Shown: piece after piece, positions 1 through 13,306 of the stretch
How the letters are laid out: every line of letters starts with the position of its first letter
Numbering within the stretch: the first letter of the stretch is position 1
Source: Macrostomum lignano
Taxonomy: Eukaryota
Direction of reading: 5' to 3'
Assembly (NCBI GenBank): GCA_002269645.1
Contig: NIVC01000094.1
Span: forward strand, 124,001-188,000
Length of the DNA stretch: 64,000 nt
Translations under genes and position numbers: made by a program
The notes under the pieces: model-generated
The model's database searches: none
The model's input: only the letters and a program-made list of their open reading frames with translations
Told to the model about the DNA's origin: nothing

Positions 1-40
1 TGCAGATGTCGGCGCAGGCATCCGCGCCGTCCTCGTAGCC
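1..40 (-). CDS. Downstream exon (partial, runs off the window) of the C2H2 zinc-finger gene at 960-1721
   Basis: Acceptor tttcccaatcgtgcAG|GGC TAC GAG GAC (GYEDGADACADIC) is phase 0, matching the phase-0 donor CAG|GTGATT at 960; the intron 41-959 holds a 30-bp minisatellite. Confidence 0.5.
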
Positions 41-182
41 CTGCACGATTGGGAAAGTTGATCAATGAACACTTAACTTCTGTATTTGTCCTACTAGCAA
101 TTAGAAAAATATTTTATTGCGCGATTCTAGAAAACGGAGTTTCATTTAAAATGCGATTCTTTCTAAGAAGCAAAAATCTAAT

Positions 183-912
183 TGTGATTCTAAGAAACCA
201 AATATATACAAATGTGATTCTAAGAAACCAAATATCTACAAATGTAATTCTAAGAAACCAAATATCTACAAATGTGATTCTAAGAAACCAAATATCTACA
301 AATGTGATTCTAATAAACCAAATATCTACTAATGTGATTCTAAGAAACCAAATTATCTACCAATGTAATTCTAAGAAACCAAATATCTACTAATGTGATT
401 CTAAGAAACCAAATTATCTACCAATGTAATTCTAAGAAACCAAATATCTACAAACGTGATTCTAAGAAACCAAATATCTACTTATGTGATTGTAAGAAAC
501 CAAATATCTACAAATGTGATTCTAAGAAACCAAATATCTACTAATGTAATTCTAAGAAACTGAATATCTACAAATGTGATTCTTAGAAACTGAATATCTA
601 CAAATGTGATTCTAAGAAACTGAATATCTACAAACGTGATTCTAAGAAACCAAATATCTACAAATGTGATTCAAAGAAACCAAATATCTACAAATGTGAT
701 TCAAAGAAACCAAATATCTACAAATGTGATTCTAAGAAACCAAATATCTACAAATGTAATTCTAAGAAACCAAATATCTACAAATGTGATTCTAAGAAAC
801 CAAATATCTACAAATGTAATTCTAAGAAACCAAATATCTACAAATGTGATTCTAAGAAACCAAATATCTACTAATGTGATTCTAAGAAACCAAATATCTA
901 CTAATGTGATTC
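183..912. repeat. 30-bp minisatellite (aaatgtgattctaagaaaccaaatatctac)n, about 24 units, intronic
   Basis: Directly visible tandem units; they explain the 'NVILRNQIST' repeat ORFs. Confidence 0.97.
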
Positions 913-959
913 CATATAACCCAATAAAGCAGATGTCATTAAGCAATCAATTTAATCAC

Positions 960-1721
960 CTGAGCATTGGGACGCAGCAGCTGAACGGACAAAGCGAACA
1001 GCCTGCCAGCCAGGTGCGACGGTGCGAGCTCAGCTCCGGCCCGACGCGCCACATCTTCGCCGAGCTGAAAGATCAGCTCGATCTGGCGGCCGATCGACAA
1101 TTGTCTATTGTCCAAGTGCTCAGCCAGCACCACGGCGGCATCGAACACCCGCGTGGCATAGGACGGCACAGCACTGCCAGACTCGCCAGCCGCTAGGAAC
1201 TCCTGGTAGATGGCGGCGAGGCTGGCAAACTGCTCGCTAGCTGGGTAGTTCAGATACCCGTCGTGGTGCAGCGGCAGCCGGCGAGTTAGGTCGGGCTTGA
1301 GCTCAACAACCGGCAGCAGCTGGCTGCAGGGCTCGTTTGTCAGATCAACGCTGCTAGGCAGCGACTCGGGCGATTGTCGCGGGCGCTTCAGAGATGGGCC
1401 CGGCTGGCGCTGACGGAGGGCAACAGCGGTGGTGGAGGCGGCTACAGCAGAGCTGCTGGCGGGCCAAGCTGGAGGCTGCTGTTGCTGTTGCCGGCTCCTC
1501 AGAACATTGCGAAGGTCACTCGGCTCGATATTGAACTGATCATGGGGTTCAGTTTGATGACACAAGCGCATGTGCTCAGCAAGCTCGGTAAAATTGTAAA
1601 ACTTTATGTCGCCACACTCGCCGCAGTGCAGCGTGACGCTGCTCAGCTCGTGGACGAGGGCAGCGTCGCTTTCGCTTTCAAAAATCAGTTGAAGTTGATC
1701 GCCGAATTTGGCAAATTTCAT
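960..1721 (-). CDS. Exon of a C2H2 zinc-finger-containing protein (5' end uncertain)
   Basis: ORF 939-1721 contains CGECGDIKFYNFTELAEHMRLCH (C-x2-C...H-x4-H), has GC-rich codon usage, and has a splice donor at 959. Confidence 0.65.
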
Positions 1722-1730
1722 GGCAGCAGA

Positions 1731-2912
1731 ATGGGTCAGACTGTAGAATTAGCTGAGGCAATGGGTCAGACTGCAGAATTAGCTGAGAGAATGGGTCAGA
1801 CTGCAGAATTAGCTGAGAGAATGGGTCAGACTGCAGAATTAGCTGAGAGAATGGGTCAGACTGCAGAATTAGCTGAGGGAATGGGTCAGACTGCAGAATT
1901 AGCTGAGAGAATGGGTCAGACTGCAGAATTAGCTGAGGGAATGGGTCAGAATGCAGAATTAGCTGAGGGAATGGGTCAGACTGCAGAATTAGCTGAGGGA
2001 ATGGGTCAGAATGCAGAATTAGCTGAGAGAATGGGTCAGAATGCAGAATTAGCTAAGAGAATGGGTCAGACTGCAGAATTAGCTGAGAGAATGGGTCAGA
2101 CTGCAGAATTAGCTGAGGGAATGGGTCAGACTGTAGAATTAGCTGAGGCAATGGGTCAGACTGCAGAATTAGCTGAGAGAATGGGTCAGACTGCAGAATT
2201 AGCTGAGAGAATGGGTCAGACTGCAGAATTAGCTGAGAGAATGGGTCAGACTGCAGAATTAGCTGAGGGAATGGGTCAGACTGCAGAATTAGCTGAGAGA
2301 ATGGGTCAGACTGCAGAATTAGCTGAGGGAATGGGTCAGAATGCAGAATTAGCTGAGGGAATGGGTCAGACTGCAGAATTAGCTGAGGGAATGGGTCAGA
2401 ATGCAGAATTAGCTGAGAGAATGGGTCAGAATGCAGAATTAGCTAAGAGAATGGGTCAGAATGCAGAATTAGCTGAGAGAATGGGTCAGACTGCAGAATT
2501 AGCTGAGGGAATGGGTCAGACTGTAGAATTAGCTGAGGCAATGGGTCAGACTGCAGAATTAGCTGAGAGAATGGGTCAGACTGCAGAATTAGCTGAGGGA
2601 ATGGGTCAGACTGCAGAATTAGCTGAGAGAATGGGTCAGACTGCAGAATTAGCTAAGAGAATGGGTCAGACTGCAGAATTAGCTGAGAGAATGGGTCAGA
2701 CTGCAGAATTAGCTGAGGGAATGGGTCAGAATGCAGAATTAGCTGAGGGAATGGGTCAGACTGCAGAATTAGTTGAGAGAATGGGTCAGAATGCAGAATT
2801 AGCTGAGGGAATGGGTCAGACTGCAGAATTAGCTGAGGGAATGGGTCAGACTGCAGAATTAGCTGAGGGAATGGGTCAGACTGCAGAATTAGCTGAGGGA
2901 ATGAGTGAGACT
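1731..2912. repeat. 30-bp minisatellite (atgggtcagactgcagaattagctgagaga)n, about 39 units
   Basis: Directly visible tandem units with a few recurrent variants. Confidence 0.98.
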
Positions 2913-3173
2913 ACAAAGCTAAATATAAATTTTGATAACTTTCTTTAAGATTTTTGATAAATTGAAAAATTATAGATTTTTTACTTTGTTTTTGAATTTT
3001 GGACAGTGTTGGGCACTTCCGAACCGAGTAACTTGCAAATGGTAACACAAGTTACTTTTTCGTAAAGCGTTCCTTACGCAAGTTACTTTTTTATTTTAGT
3101 AACGGAGTAATGGTAAGTTACTCAAATTTCAGAAGTCCGTTACAGTTACTTTGCAACAATCGCAATATTTAAA

Positions 3174-4714
3174 TCTATACCTATAAAAATCAAAACTCTG
3201 TCTGTCTGTGTGTGGACAATTTTGATCGCTATGGACTCCCAAACCGCTCAACCAAATTACACCAAACTTTACACCCACCCTAAACTTACTACGGAGAATG
3301 TCTTAGGCTACCTTTTAATTTCCTAGACTCAAGTCTTCCTACCTAAAAGTACAAAAAACTGCTCAAAATGCGCGATTTTTTCACTAAATCCTCCATAGCG
3401 CCGCTCCACTTTTACCGATTCTCTTCAAATTTGGCACAGGCAATTTTCAACTATTTTGACACAATCGTGTAAAATTTCGAGTCTCAAAGTTAATCCTGAG
3501 CGGTGCTGTGCACTTTTAAAGTTAGGCTGTTTTTTTTCAGCGAGGCAGCCACCCCAACCTCCGCCCGCCTGCCTCTCTTTCCCGATCTGGGCCCAGATGT
3601 GTAAAAGGGTTTCAAAATTGACTAACTTTCAGCTGCCATAAGTTTGCTCCACGTAAAGCGATTGACTTCACACTTGACACAATTCTTCATTGACTCATTC
3701 TCTATCTAAATGTAAAGTTTCAACTCTGTAACTCAACCGAAAAAGAAACTGTAAGCATGTGAAGTTTGTCTGCTTTTTCTGTTGTTTGCCGCTCATCCAA
3801 CTCATTCCCCCAGACGAAGGATCAGGCGATAGGGCTCAATGTACATAGCGAATGTACAGTGTTTTGGAATAACTTTTTAATAGCCTTCTCTGTACCCCGC
3901 GAGTGGAGAGGCGTGGAGAGGAGAGAGTTTAGCGAGAGATTCAATTTCAAACCACTGTCCTCTGAATAGACAAGTCTGCAGCAGTTAAACAAGGATGGCA
4001 AACCAAGGCGATGTGGGATGGTTTGTAAAAATATCGAAAAATTAATGAATAACTGATTACAATGCAATCCTACTAAATTAGTTACACCATGAAGCTTTTA
4101 ACATTAAGTTTCGCATAGGGTAACTTTAAAATTTAAATGACTCCTAATAAATGCGTATTTCCTTGGTTGTTAGACTGCTGCAGAGTGCAGACTGTGGTGG
4201 TGGAGCTGGAGATACACAAATTCCTCTCAGGGCTGCTAATTGGCCAGAAAGGTGACGTGATTAAAGCATGAGAAATGATAACCATGATAGTACCGTCCCA
4301 CAAACTGGCTTTCGAAGCAGGGATCGGTAGATTTTTAACTCAAAGGCCAGATAAAGAATCCAACTCATGGCTGCGGGCCAGATGAGAGTGAAAAAGAAAA
4401 GGAATAGACTATTAGAAAGAGAGGAAGGGCGAGAGGGGGGTAAGAAAGAATATATTAAGATAACAGGAGAGACGAGTGGGGTGAGGACGAGGAGAGAGCA
4501 GAGAATATGGGAGGAGGAGGGGAGACAGGAGGGAGAGGAAAGAGTAGAGGAGAGAAGAGGAAGAGAGAAGAGGGGAGAGATGAGACAGAGGATCGATGAG
4601 AGAGGAGAGTAGAGAAGAGTGAGAAGAGAATCGAGAACAGAGAGGAGATAGGAGGGGAGAGAGAGGTAGAGAGGAGTGAGAAGAGAGAAGATAAAAGATG
4701 AGAGAGAGAGAGAA

Positions 4715-4768
<54 letters not shown>

Positions 4769-6004
4769 GAAAGAAGAGAGGAGAAAGGAAAGATGATAGA
4801 GTAAAGGGAAGAAGAGGAGAGAGGAAATAGATGAGATTGTGGAGATGAGAGAGATGAAAGGAAAGATGAGAGAGTAGAGATGAGAGATGAAGGAAGAGAG
4901 AGCAGAGTGCAGAGACAAGAGAAGAGAATAGAGGGGAGAGAGTATAGAAGAGGGAAGAGAAGAGGAGTAAGAAGAGAGGATTAAGTAGAGGGGAAAAAGA
5001 AGTGTACACAGGAGAGTGGAGAGTAAAGATGACAGAAGAGAGAGGGGGTAGAGAGCAAAGATGAGAGTGAACGCGAAATATGAGAGGAGAGAGGAGAGTG
5101 AAGAGAGAAGAGAGAAGACAAGAGAGGGAGATAATAGAAGAGGGAAGAGAAGAGAAGGGAAAAAGGAGAAAGGAAAAAGAGGAGTCAAAAGAGGGGAAGA
5201 GAAGAGTACAGATGAGAGAGGTGAGAAAACATACGAGTATAAGAGAGTAAAGATGGCAGATGAGAGAGGGGAGATGAGAGACCAGAGACGAGAGTGAACA
5301 GACGAGAGATGGGAGAGTGGAGAGAAAAAAGGATAGAAATAAGAGATGAGAGGTGAGACAAGGGAGAGAGAAGTGAGTGAGGAGAGAGGAGGAGAGGGGA
5401 GAGAACCGAGAGGACAGGGGAAAGAGGAGAAAGGACGAGAGAGGAGAGGAAACAGGGGAGAGATTAGAGGAGAAAGAGAGATGGGCCAGGAGAGAGCAGA
5501 GAGCTGCAGATGAGAGGAGAGAGGAGACAGCAGAGAGGAGAGCAGAGAGGAAACAGGTGAAAGAAGAGATGAGAGAGTAAAGGGAAGAGAGAAGAGATAA
5601 AGATACATCTCTACATCTCTAAGGTTGTAGAGATGAGAGATGTGGAAGGAGAGATGAGAAATGAGAGATGAGAGATAACGGAGAGAGGAGAGTGGAGTGA
5701 GAGAAGAGAGGGAGACAGAGTATAGAAAAGGGAAGAGAAGAGAAAAGAAGAAAGGAGAAAGGAAAGTGAGGAGTCAAAAGAGGGGGAAGAAAAGAGTACA
5801 GAGGAGAGAGGTGAGAGAACATATAAGACAGAGATGCCAGATTAAAGAGGGGGGTGAGACAGCAGAGACGAGAGTGAACAGATAAAAGATGAGAGAGTAG
5901 AGAGAACAGAGGAGAGGTTACAGAGATGAGAGGAGAGAGGAAAGGAAAGAGGAGAATGGAGAGGGGAGAGAGTAGAGAGAGGAGGAGAGATAAGAGAGAA
6001 AGAC

Positions 6005-6087
<83 letters not shown>

Positions 6088-6711
6088 CAGAGAGAAATGA
6101 GAAGAGATAAGAGAGAAAAGATAAAAGAAGAGAAAGGAAAGATGAGAGAGCAAAGACGAGAGAGAAAAGAGGTGTGGGAAGAGACGAGAGAAGAGGGGAG
6201 AGTTAAGAGAAGAGAGAAAAGAATAGAAAGGAGAAGGAAGATAAGAGAGAAGAGGGGGTGAGAGGAGAGAGGAGAGGGGGAGAGAGGAGAGAGGAGAGGA
6301 GAGAGAAACGAAGAGACAAGAGATGAGATAAGAGAGATGAGGGAAGATACGAGAGAAGAGGGGAGAGAGGAGAGAGGAGAGATGAGGGACGAGAGAGATG
6401 AGAGGAAACAAAAAAACGATAGAAATTTTAAAAGATCCAAGGGACGTAGTGAGAGTCAGGGAGAGACCAGAGTTTAGCAATATATGTTTTAGAGTCAGAC
6501 AGACATTGCCTGACATTCTGCGCAGTACCCCAGCCAACAATGTCTCAGACCCTAATTTTACACGAATGTGCTCCACTCCATGTCTACCTCCATCCTACGA
6601 ACTATTAACAAGTTTTTGTTTGTGTATGGCCTTAGATTTCAGAATACATGCAAAAATAGTTCCGGGGATTGGAATTCCCCGGGTTCAAAATCCGCGGGTT
6701 TTAACAGCTTG
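3174..6711 (+). mobile_element. Non-autonomous Helitron, copy A, with GA-rich low-complexity core
   Basis: Starts A|TCTATACCTATAAAAA, has a (CTGT)n tract near the 5' end, a GC-rich subterminal palindrome and a CTTG|T end; inserted in an AT dinucleotide with no TSD. Confidence 0.8.
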
Positions 6712-7076
6712 TCCATATACTAAAAATGAAAATTTTAAAACTGAAATGCTTAGCTATTACGACGGTTGTCACATGTTTTTGCATTCTTCATTCCTAAATT
6801 CAAAATTAAGTGAATAGTATCATATGGTATTGCGCTTAATTAATGAAGAAATACTTGAAACATGTTTTACTTTGTTAATTTCAGTAAAATATTTTCGCCT
6901 TTCATTTTGGTTACTAAAAAAATTTCAAGTTTGATTCAAACAAACAACCAAAGAAAGAAATTCATCTGTAGCCTCCACAAGTCCCTCCACTGGCACTGCA
7001 GTACACTACACCATTTTATACAGTTCTATTTATTTTACTCTATTGAATTATTGATATTTGTTTATTTTATAATTTA

Positions 7077-7895
7077 CAAGCTGTTGAAACCCGCGGATTT
7101 TGAACCCAGGGAATTTCAATCCCTGGAACTATTTTTGCATGTACTCATATTCTAAAATCTGAGGTCAAACTTAAACAAAAACTTGTTAATAGTTAGGTTA
7201 GAATTAAACATAAAATAGAGTACATTCGTGAAAAATTAGGATTTGAGGCAAACATTTATATTGTTGGCTGGGGTGCTGCAAACAGGCAAACTCTGGCCTC
7301 TGCCTCTCCTTATGTCCCTTGGATCCTTAGAAACTTCGACCTTCTCTTCTGTTTCTTCTCCTCTCTCTCTTGTCTCTGTCTCTTCTCTCTCTCTCCTCTA
7401 TCCCCTATTCCCTCGTCTATTCCCTCTCCCTTCTATTCTTTTATCCCTCCTCTCCTCCCTCCTCTCTCCTCTCTCTCCTCTCATCTCTTCTCTTCTTTCC
7501 TCTCTTCTCTCTCCTCTCATCTCTCTGCTCTCTCCTGTCTCATCTCTCTTTCTCCTCTAATCTCTCCCCTGTTTCCTCTCCTCTCTCGTCCTTTCTCCTC
7601 TTTCCCCTGTCCTCTTGGTTCTCTCCCCTCCCCTCCTCTCTCCTCACTCACTTCTCTCTCTCTTTGTCTCACCTCTCATCTCTTATTTCTATCCTTTTTC
7701 TCTCTCTTCCCTCTTCTATACTCTCTCCCCTCTATTCTCCTCTCTTGTCCTTTTGCACTCTGCTCTCTCTTCCTTCATCTCTCATCTCTACTCTCTCATC
7801 TTTCCTTTTATCTCTCTCATCTCCATAATCTCATCTCTTTCCTCTCTCTTCTTCCCTGTACTCTATCATCTCTCCTTTCTCCTCTCTTCTGTCTC

Positions 7896-7950
<55 letters not shown>

Positions 7951-9474
7951 CTCCTCTCTTCTCACTCCTCTCTACCTCTGTCTCCCCTCCTATCTCCTCT
8001 GTGTTCTCTATTCTCTTCTCACTCTTCTCTACTCTCCTCTCTCATTGATCCTCTGTCTTATCTCTCCCCTCTTCTCTTTTCCTCTTCTCTCCTCTACTCT
8101 TTCCTCTCCCTCCTGTCTCCCCTCCTCTCGCTTCCTCCTCCCATATTCTCTGCTCTCTCCTTGTCCTCACCCCACTTGTCTCTCCTGTTATCTTATATCT
8201 TTTCTCTTACCCTCCTCTCGCCCTTCCTCTCTTTCTAATAGTCTATTCCTTTTCTTTTTCACTCTCATCTTGCCCGCAGCCATGAGTTGGATTCTTTATC
8301 TGGCCTTTGAGTTAAAAATCTACCAATCCCTGCTTTGAAAGCCAGTTTGTGGGACATAGTACTATCATGGTTATCATTTCTCATGCTTTAATCACGTCAT
8401 CTTTCTTGCCAATTTGCAGCCCTGAAAGGAATTTGTGTATCTTCAGCTCCACTGCAGTCTGAATTAGTCTAACAACCAAGGAAATACGCATTTCTTAGGA
8501 GGCCATTTAAAATTTACACAGTACCTTTAAAAGAAACCTAAAATTTCCATGGTGCGCCTAATTTAGTAGGGTTGTATTGCATTGCATCGCCTTTTCATAA
8601 ATCTTTTGCTTTTACAAACCATGCTAGATTCCCTCGATTTGCCAATTGCCATCCACTGTTAAACTGCTGCAGAGTTTGCCAATACAGAGGGGAGGGCAGT
8701 GGTTAGAATTTCTCACTAAACTGTTATGGCTAAATGTAGCCTCTCCACTCTCGGGGTGCAGAGAAGGCTATAAATAAAGTTATTCCAAAACACTGTACAT
8801 TTGCAATGTACATTCAGTCCTATCGCCTGACCTTTTGTCTGGCTCTGGGGGAATGAGTGAGTGAGTGGCACAAACAACAGAAAAAGCAGACAAACTTCAC
8901 ATGCTTACAGTTTCTTTTTTGGTTGAGTTACGGAGTTGAAACTTTACATTTAGATAGAGAATGAGTCAATGAAGAATTGTGTCAAGTTTGAAGTCAATCG
9001 CTTTACATGGAGCAAACTTATGGCAGCTGAAAGTTAGTCAATTTTGAAACCCTTTTACACATCTGGGCCCAGATCGGGAAAGAGAGGCAGGCAGGCGGAG
9101 GTTGGGGTGGTTGCTACGCTGAAAAAAACAACCTAACTTTAAAAGTGCACAGCACTGCTCAGGATTAACTTTGAGACTCAAAATTTTACATGATTGTGCC
9201 AAAATAGTTTAAGATTATCTATGTCAAATTTGAAGCGAATTGGTAGAAGTGGAGCGGTGCTATGGGGGATTAAGTGAAAAAATTGCACATTTTGAGCAGT
9301 TTTTTATACTTTTAGCTAGGAAGACTTGAGTTTAGAAAATTTAAAGGCAGCCTAAGACATTCTCCGTAGTAAGTTTAGGGTGGGTGTAAAGTTTGGTGTA
9401 ATTTGGTTGAGCAGTTTGGGAGTCCATAGCAAAGTAATTTGTCCATAGACAGACAGAGTTTTTATAGGTAGAGA
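7077..9474 (-). mobile_element. Non-autonomous Helitron, copy B
   Basis: Reverse-complement homolog of copy A with the same TC...CTTG termini. Confidence 0.8.
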
Positions 9475-10149
9475 CAAGCTGTTGAAACCCGCGGATTTTG
9501 AACCCGGGGAATTCCAATACCCGGAACTACTTTTGCATGTATTCTGAAATCTAAGGCCATACACAAACAAAAACTTGTTAATAGTTAGTAGGATAGAGGT
9601 AGACATAAAATGGAGCACATTCGTTTAAAATTAGGGTTTGAGACATTGTTGGCTGGGGTACTGCGCAGAATGTCAGGCAATGTCTGTCTGACTCTAAAAC
9701 ATATATTGCTAAACTCTGGTCTCTCCCTGTCTCTCCCTACATCCCTTGGATCCTTTAAAATTTCTATCGTCTCTTTGTTTCCTCTCATCTCTCTCGTCCC
9801 TCGTCTCTCCTCTCTCGTCTCTCCTCTCTCCCCTCTTCTTTCGTATCTTCCCTCATCTCTCTTCTCTTTCATCTCTCTTATCTCATCTCTTGTCTCTTCT
9901 TTTCTCTCTCCTCTCTACTTTTTCGTTTTCTCTCTTCTCTCTCCCCCTCTCCTCTCTCCTCTCACCCCCTCTTCTCTCTTATCTTCCTTCTCCTTTCTAT
10001 TTCTTTTCTCTCTTCTCTTAACTCTCTCATCTCTCCCCTCTTCTCTCGTCTCTTCCCGCACCTCTTTTCTCTCTCGTCTTTGCTCTCTCATCTTTCCTTT
10101 CTCTTCTTTTTATCTTTTCTCTCTTATCTCTTCTCATTTCTCTCTGCTC

Positions 10150-10226
<77 letters not shown>

Positions 10227-12164
10227 TATCTCTCCTCCTCTCTCTACTCTCTCCCCTCTCCATTCTCCTCTTTCCTCTCCTCTCTCCTCACTCACTTCTC
10301 TACCTTTGTCTCTCCTCTCTCCTCTCAACTCTGTAACCTCTCCTCTGTTCTCTCTACTCTCCCATCTTTTATCTGTTCACTCTCGTCTCTGCTCTCTCAT
10401 CCCCCTCTTTAATCTGGCATCTCTGTCTTATATGTTCTCTCACCTCTCTCCTCTGTACTCTTTTCTTTCCCCTCTTTTGACTCCTCACTTTCCTTTCTCC
10501 TTTCTTCTTTTCTCTTCTCTTCCCTTTTCTATACTCTGTCTCCCTCTCTTCTCTCACTTCACTCTCCTCTCTCCGTTATCTCTCATCTCTCATTTCTTAT
10601 CTCTCCTTCAACCTCTCTCATCTCTACAACCTTAGAGATGTAGAGATGTATCTTTATCTCTTCTCTCTTCCCTTTACTCTCTCATCTCTTCTTTCACCTG
10701 TTTCCTCTCTGCTCTCCTCTCTGCTCTCTCCTCTCATCTGCAGCTCTTTGCTCTCTCATCTCTACTCTCTCCTCTCGCTTTTCCTCTCTCCCCTCTTCTC
10801 CCCCTCTCTCATCGTCCTCACCCCCTCATCTCTCCTATTATCTTTTATCTTTTCTTTTATCCCCTCTGTCGCCTCTCCTCTCTTCGAATCGTCTATTCCT
10901 TCTTCTTTCCACTTTCATCTGCCCCTCAGCTATGAGCTGGGTTCTTTATCTGGCCTTTGAGGTAAAAGTCTGCCCATCCCTGCTTGGAAAGCCAGTTTGT
11001 GGGATGTAATACTCTCATGGTTGTTCTCATGCTTTGATCACGTCATCTTTCTTGCCAATTTGCAGCCCTGAAAGGAATTTTTGTATCTTCAGCTCCACTG
11101 CAGTCTGCATCAGTCTAACAACCAAGGAAATACGCATTTCTTAGGAGGCCATTTAATATTTACACAGTACCTTTAAAAGAAACCTAAAATTTCCATGGTG
11201 TGCCCAATTTAGTAGGGTTGTATTGCATTGCATCGCATCGCCTTTTCATAAATCTTTCGCTTTTACAAACCATGCTGGATGGTGGATTCCCTCGATTTGC
11301 CAATTGCCAATTGCCATCCACTGTTAAACTGCTGCAGACTTGTGTCTATACAGAGGACAGTGGTTTGAATCTCTCGCTAAACTGTCTCTCCTCTCTACGC
11401 CTCTCCACTCGCGGGGTGCAGAGAAGGCTATAAATAAAGTTATTCCAAAACGCTGTACATTTGCTATGTACATTCAGTCCTATCGCCTGACCCTTCGTCT
11501 GGCTCTGGGGGGAATGAGTGGAGTGAGTGAGTGGCACAAACAACAGAAAAAGCAGACAAACTTCACATGCTTACAGTTTCTTTTTCGGTTGAGTTACAGA
11601 GTTGAAACTTTACATTTAGATAGAGAATGAGTCAATGAAGAATTGTGTCAAGTTTGAAGTCAATCGCTTTACATGGAGCAAACTTATGGCAGCTGAAAGT
11701 TAGTCAATTTTGAAACCCTTTTACACATCTGGGCCCAGATCGGGATCGAGAAAGAGAGGCAGGCGGGCGGAGGTTGGGGTGGTTGCTACGCTGAAAAAAG
11801 CAGCTTAACTTTAAAAGTGCACAGCGCCGTTCAGGATTAACTTTAAAACTCGAAATTTTACACGATTGTGTCAAAATAGTTGAAGATTATCTGTGTCAAA
11901 TTTGAAGAGAATCGGTAAAAGTGGAGCGGCGCTATGGAGGATTTAGTGAAAAAATCGCGCATTTTGAGCAGTTTTTTGTACTTTTAGGTAGGAAGACTTG
12001 AGTCTAGGAAATTAAAAGGTAGCCTAAGACATTCTCTGTAGTAAGTTTAGGGTGGGTGTAAAGTTTGGTGTCATTTGGTTGAGCGGTTTGGGAGTCCATA
12101 GCGAAGTAATTTGTCCACAGACAGACAGACAGACAGACAGAGTTTTGATTTTTATAGGTAGAGA
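9475..12164 (-). mobile_element. Non-autonomous Helitron, copy C, joined head-to-tail to copy B
   Basis: A|TCTCTACCTATAAAAATC 5' end at 12164; its CTTG 3' end abuts the TC start of copy B at 9475/9474. Confidence 0.8.
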
Positions 12165-13144
12165 TAATTTTAATTATTGATTGCCATTGCTCATTGGTCC
12201 TTCTACTTGCCTTACATTGTGTCACCAATTCCTGTCTCTGGCTGTTAATCGGTTAATCCTAATGCCCAATGGCAAATTTCGGTAACAACAATGTGAAAAA
12301 ATGTGCAATGTGAAAAAGCAGAAAATTTTGTTATTAACATGGGTAATGGAAGTGGGTAACGGACAGTAACTTAAAAGTTACCAGGTTTTTGTCTAAAGTT
12401 ACTAGGCTAACGTAAGTTACTATTTAAAAATTGGTAACTTAAGTTACTTAAGTTATCCAATATCCAATACTGATTTTATCCAATTATCCAATTATCCAAT
12501 ACTGATTTTGGATATGTTACAAAAGTTATATATTCAATTAAAAGAAAGTCATAGCTAATATAATTTTAAAGGTTTTATAGATATAAGTCAAAAGCATAGT
12601 AATACGAGTATATATATTTGTTTATTTTTGATATATAACTTTCTTATAGTTATATTATAATTTGTCTTTATAGCACAAAAATGAACTTTATTAGTAACTT
12701 TACTATTTATTGGATTAGCAAAGACAAACATAATTGCTATTGGAATTTTTCACTGATTATTGACTATTTGTTATTATTAATATAAATGCTCTAAATAATT
12801 ACTTATGCCTAATATATAGCCTATCTACATATACTTCCTTTACTAATTTAGATATTCTATTAATATAAATATTTTTAGAGATAATATAATGTCTAGGCTT
12901 ATATAGGTCTATTTTTGTATTGCACCATATATAACATAATTAGGCCTAGTTAAGACCAAAGCAAAGTACTCATTATATGCATATATCTATAGCCATAGCA
13001 TAGGCCTTATAAATATAATAATAGATCCATAAGCCCTACCTACTTATACCAAATTATAGCAAATGTTGACTAGTCTTTTCTTTATATTATAATATACTGA
13101 CTAGGCCTACAACCCACAAGATCAAAAATTTTATTTTAATAAAA

Positions 13145-13306
13145 CAGGGGCAGATCCAGAGGGGGGCCAAGGGGCCAAATGGCCAAAATCATTCAATTTG
13201 GTGATATTTTTTTGGCTTATAATTATGCTAGGTCTATTTTCCAATATTGGGTTATAGTGCTTAGTAAAGTTTGTCCACCCCCTAAAAAACTTTCTGGATC
13301 CACGTG
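13145..13306. mobile_element. Degenerate short MITE-like element
   Basis: CAGGGGCAGATCCAG ... CTGGATCCACGTG imperfect terminal inverted repeat, GC-rich within AT-rich DNA; no TSD confirmed. Confidence 0.4.

Larger units (their letters stand above)
3004..12504. mobile_element. Non-autonomous hAT-type DNA transposon (about 875 bp once the nested Helitrons are removed)
   Basis: TIR CAGTGTTGG (3004) / CCAATACTG (ending 12504), 8-bp TSD ATTTTGGA at 2996-3003 and 12505-12512, and GTAAC/GTTAC subterminal motifs at both ends. Confidence 0.8.

Noticed and set aside
49-1196. NVILRNQIST-repeat ORFs and a possible CRISPR-like array
   Set aside because: Contiguous tandem units with no unique spacers, located in an intron; no cas genes, eukaryotic context.
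1374-2948. 524-aa + strand ORF with MGQTAELAER repeats
   Set aside because: It is the antisense of the zinc-finger exon fused to a stop-free 30-bp minisatellite; there is no independent coding evidence.
4367-10960. Many long Leu/Ser-rich and Arg/Glu-rich ORFs
   Set aside because: Artefacts of GA/CT low-complexity Helitron cores, which are poor in stop codons.
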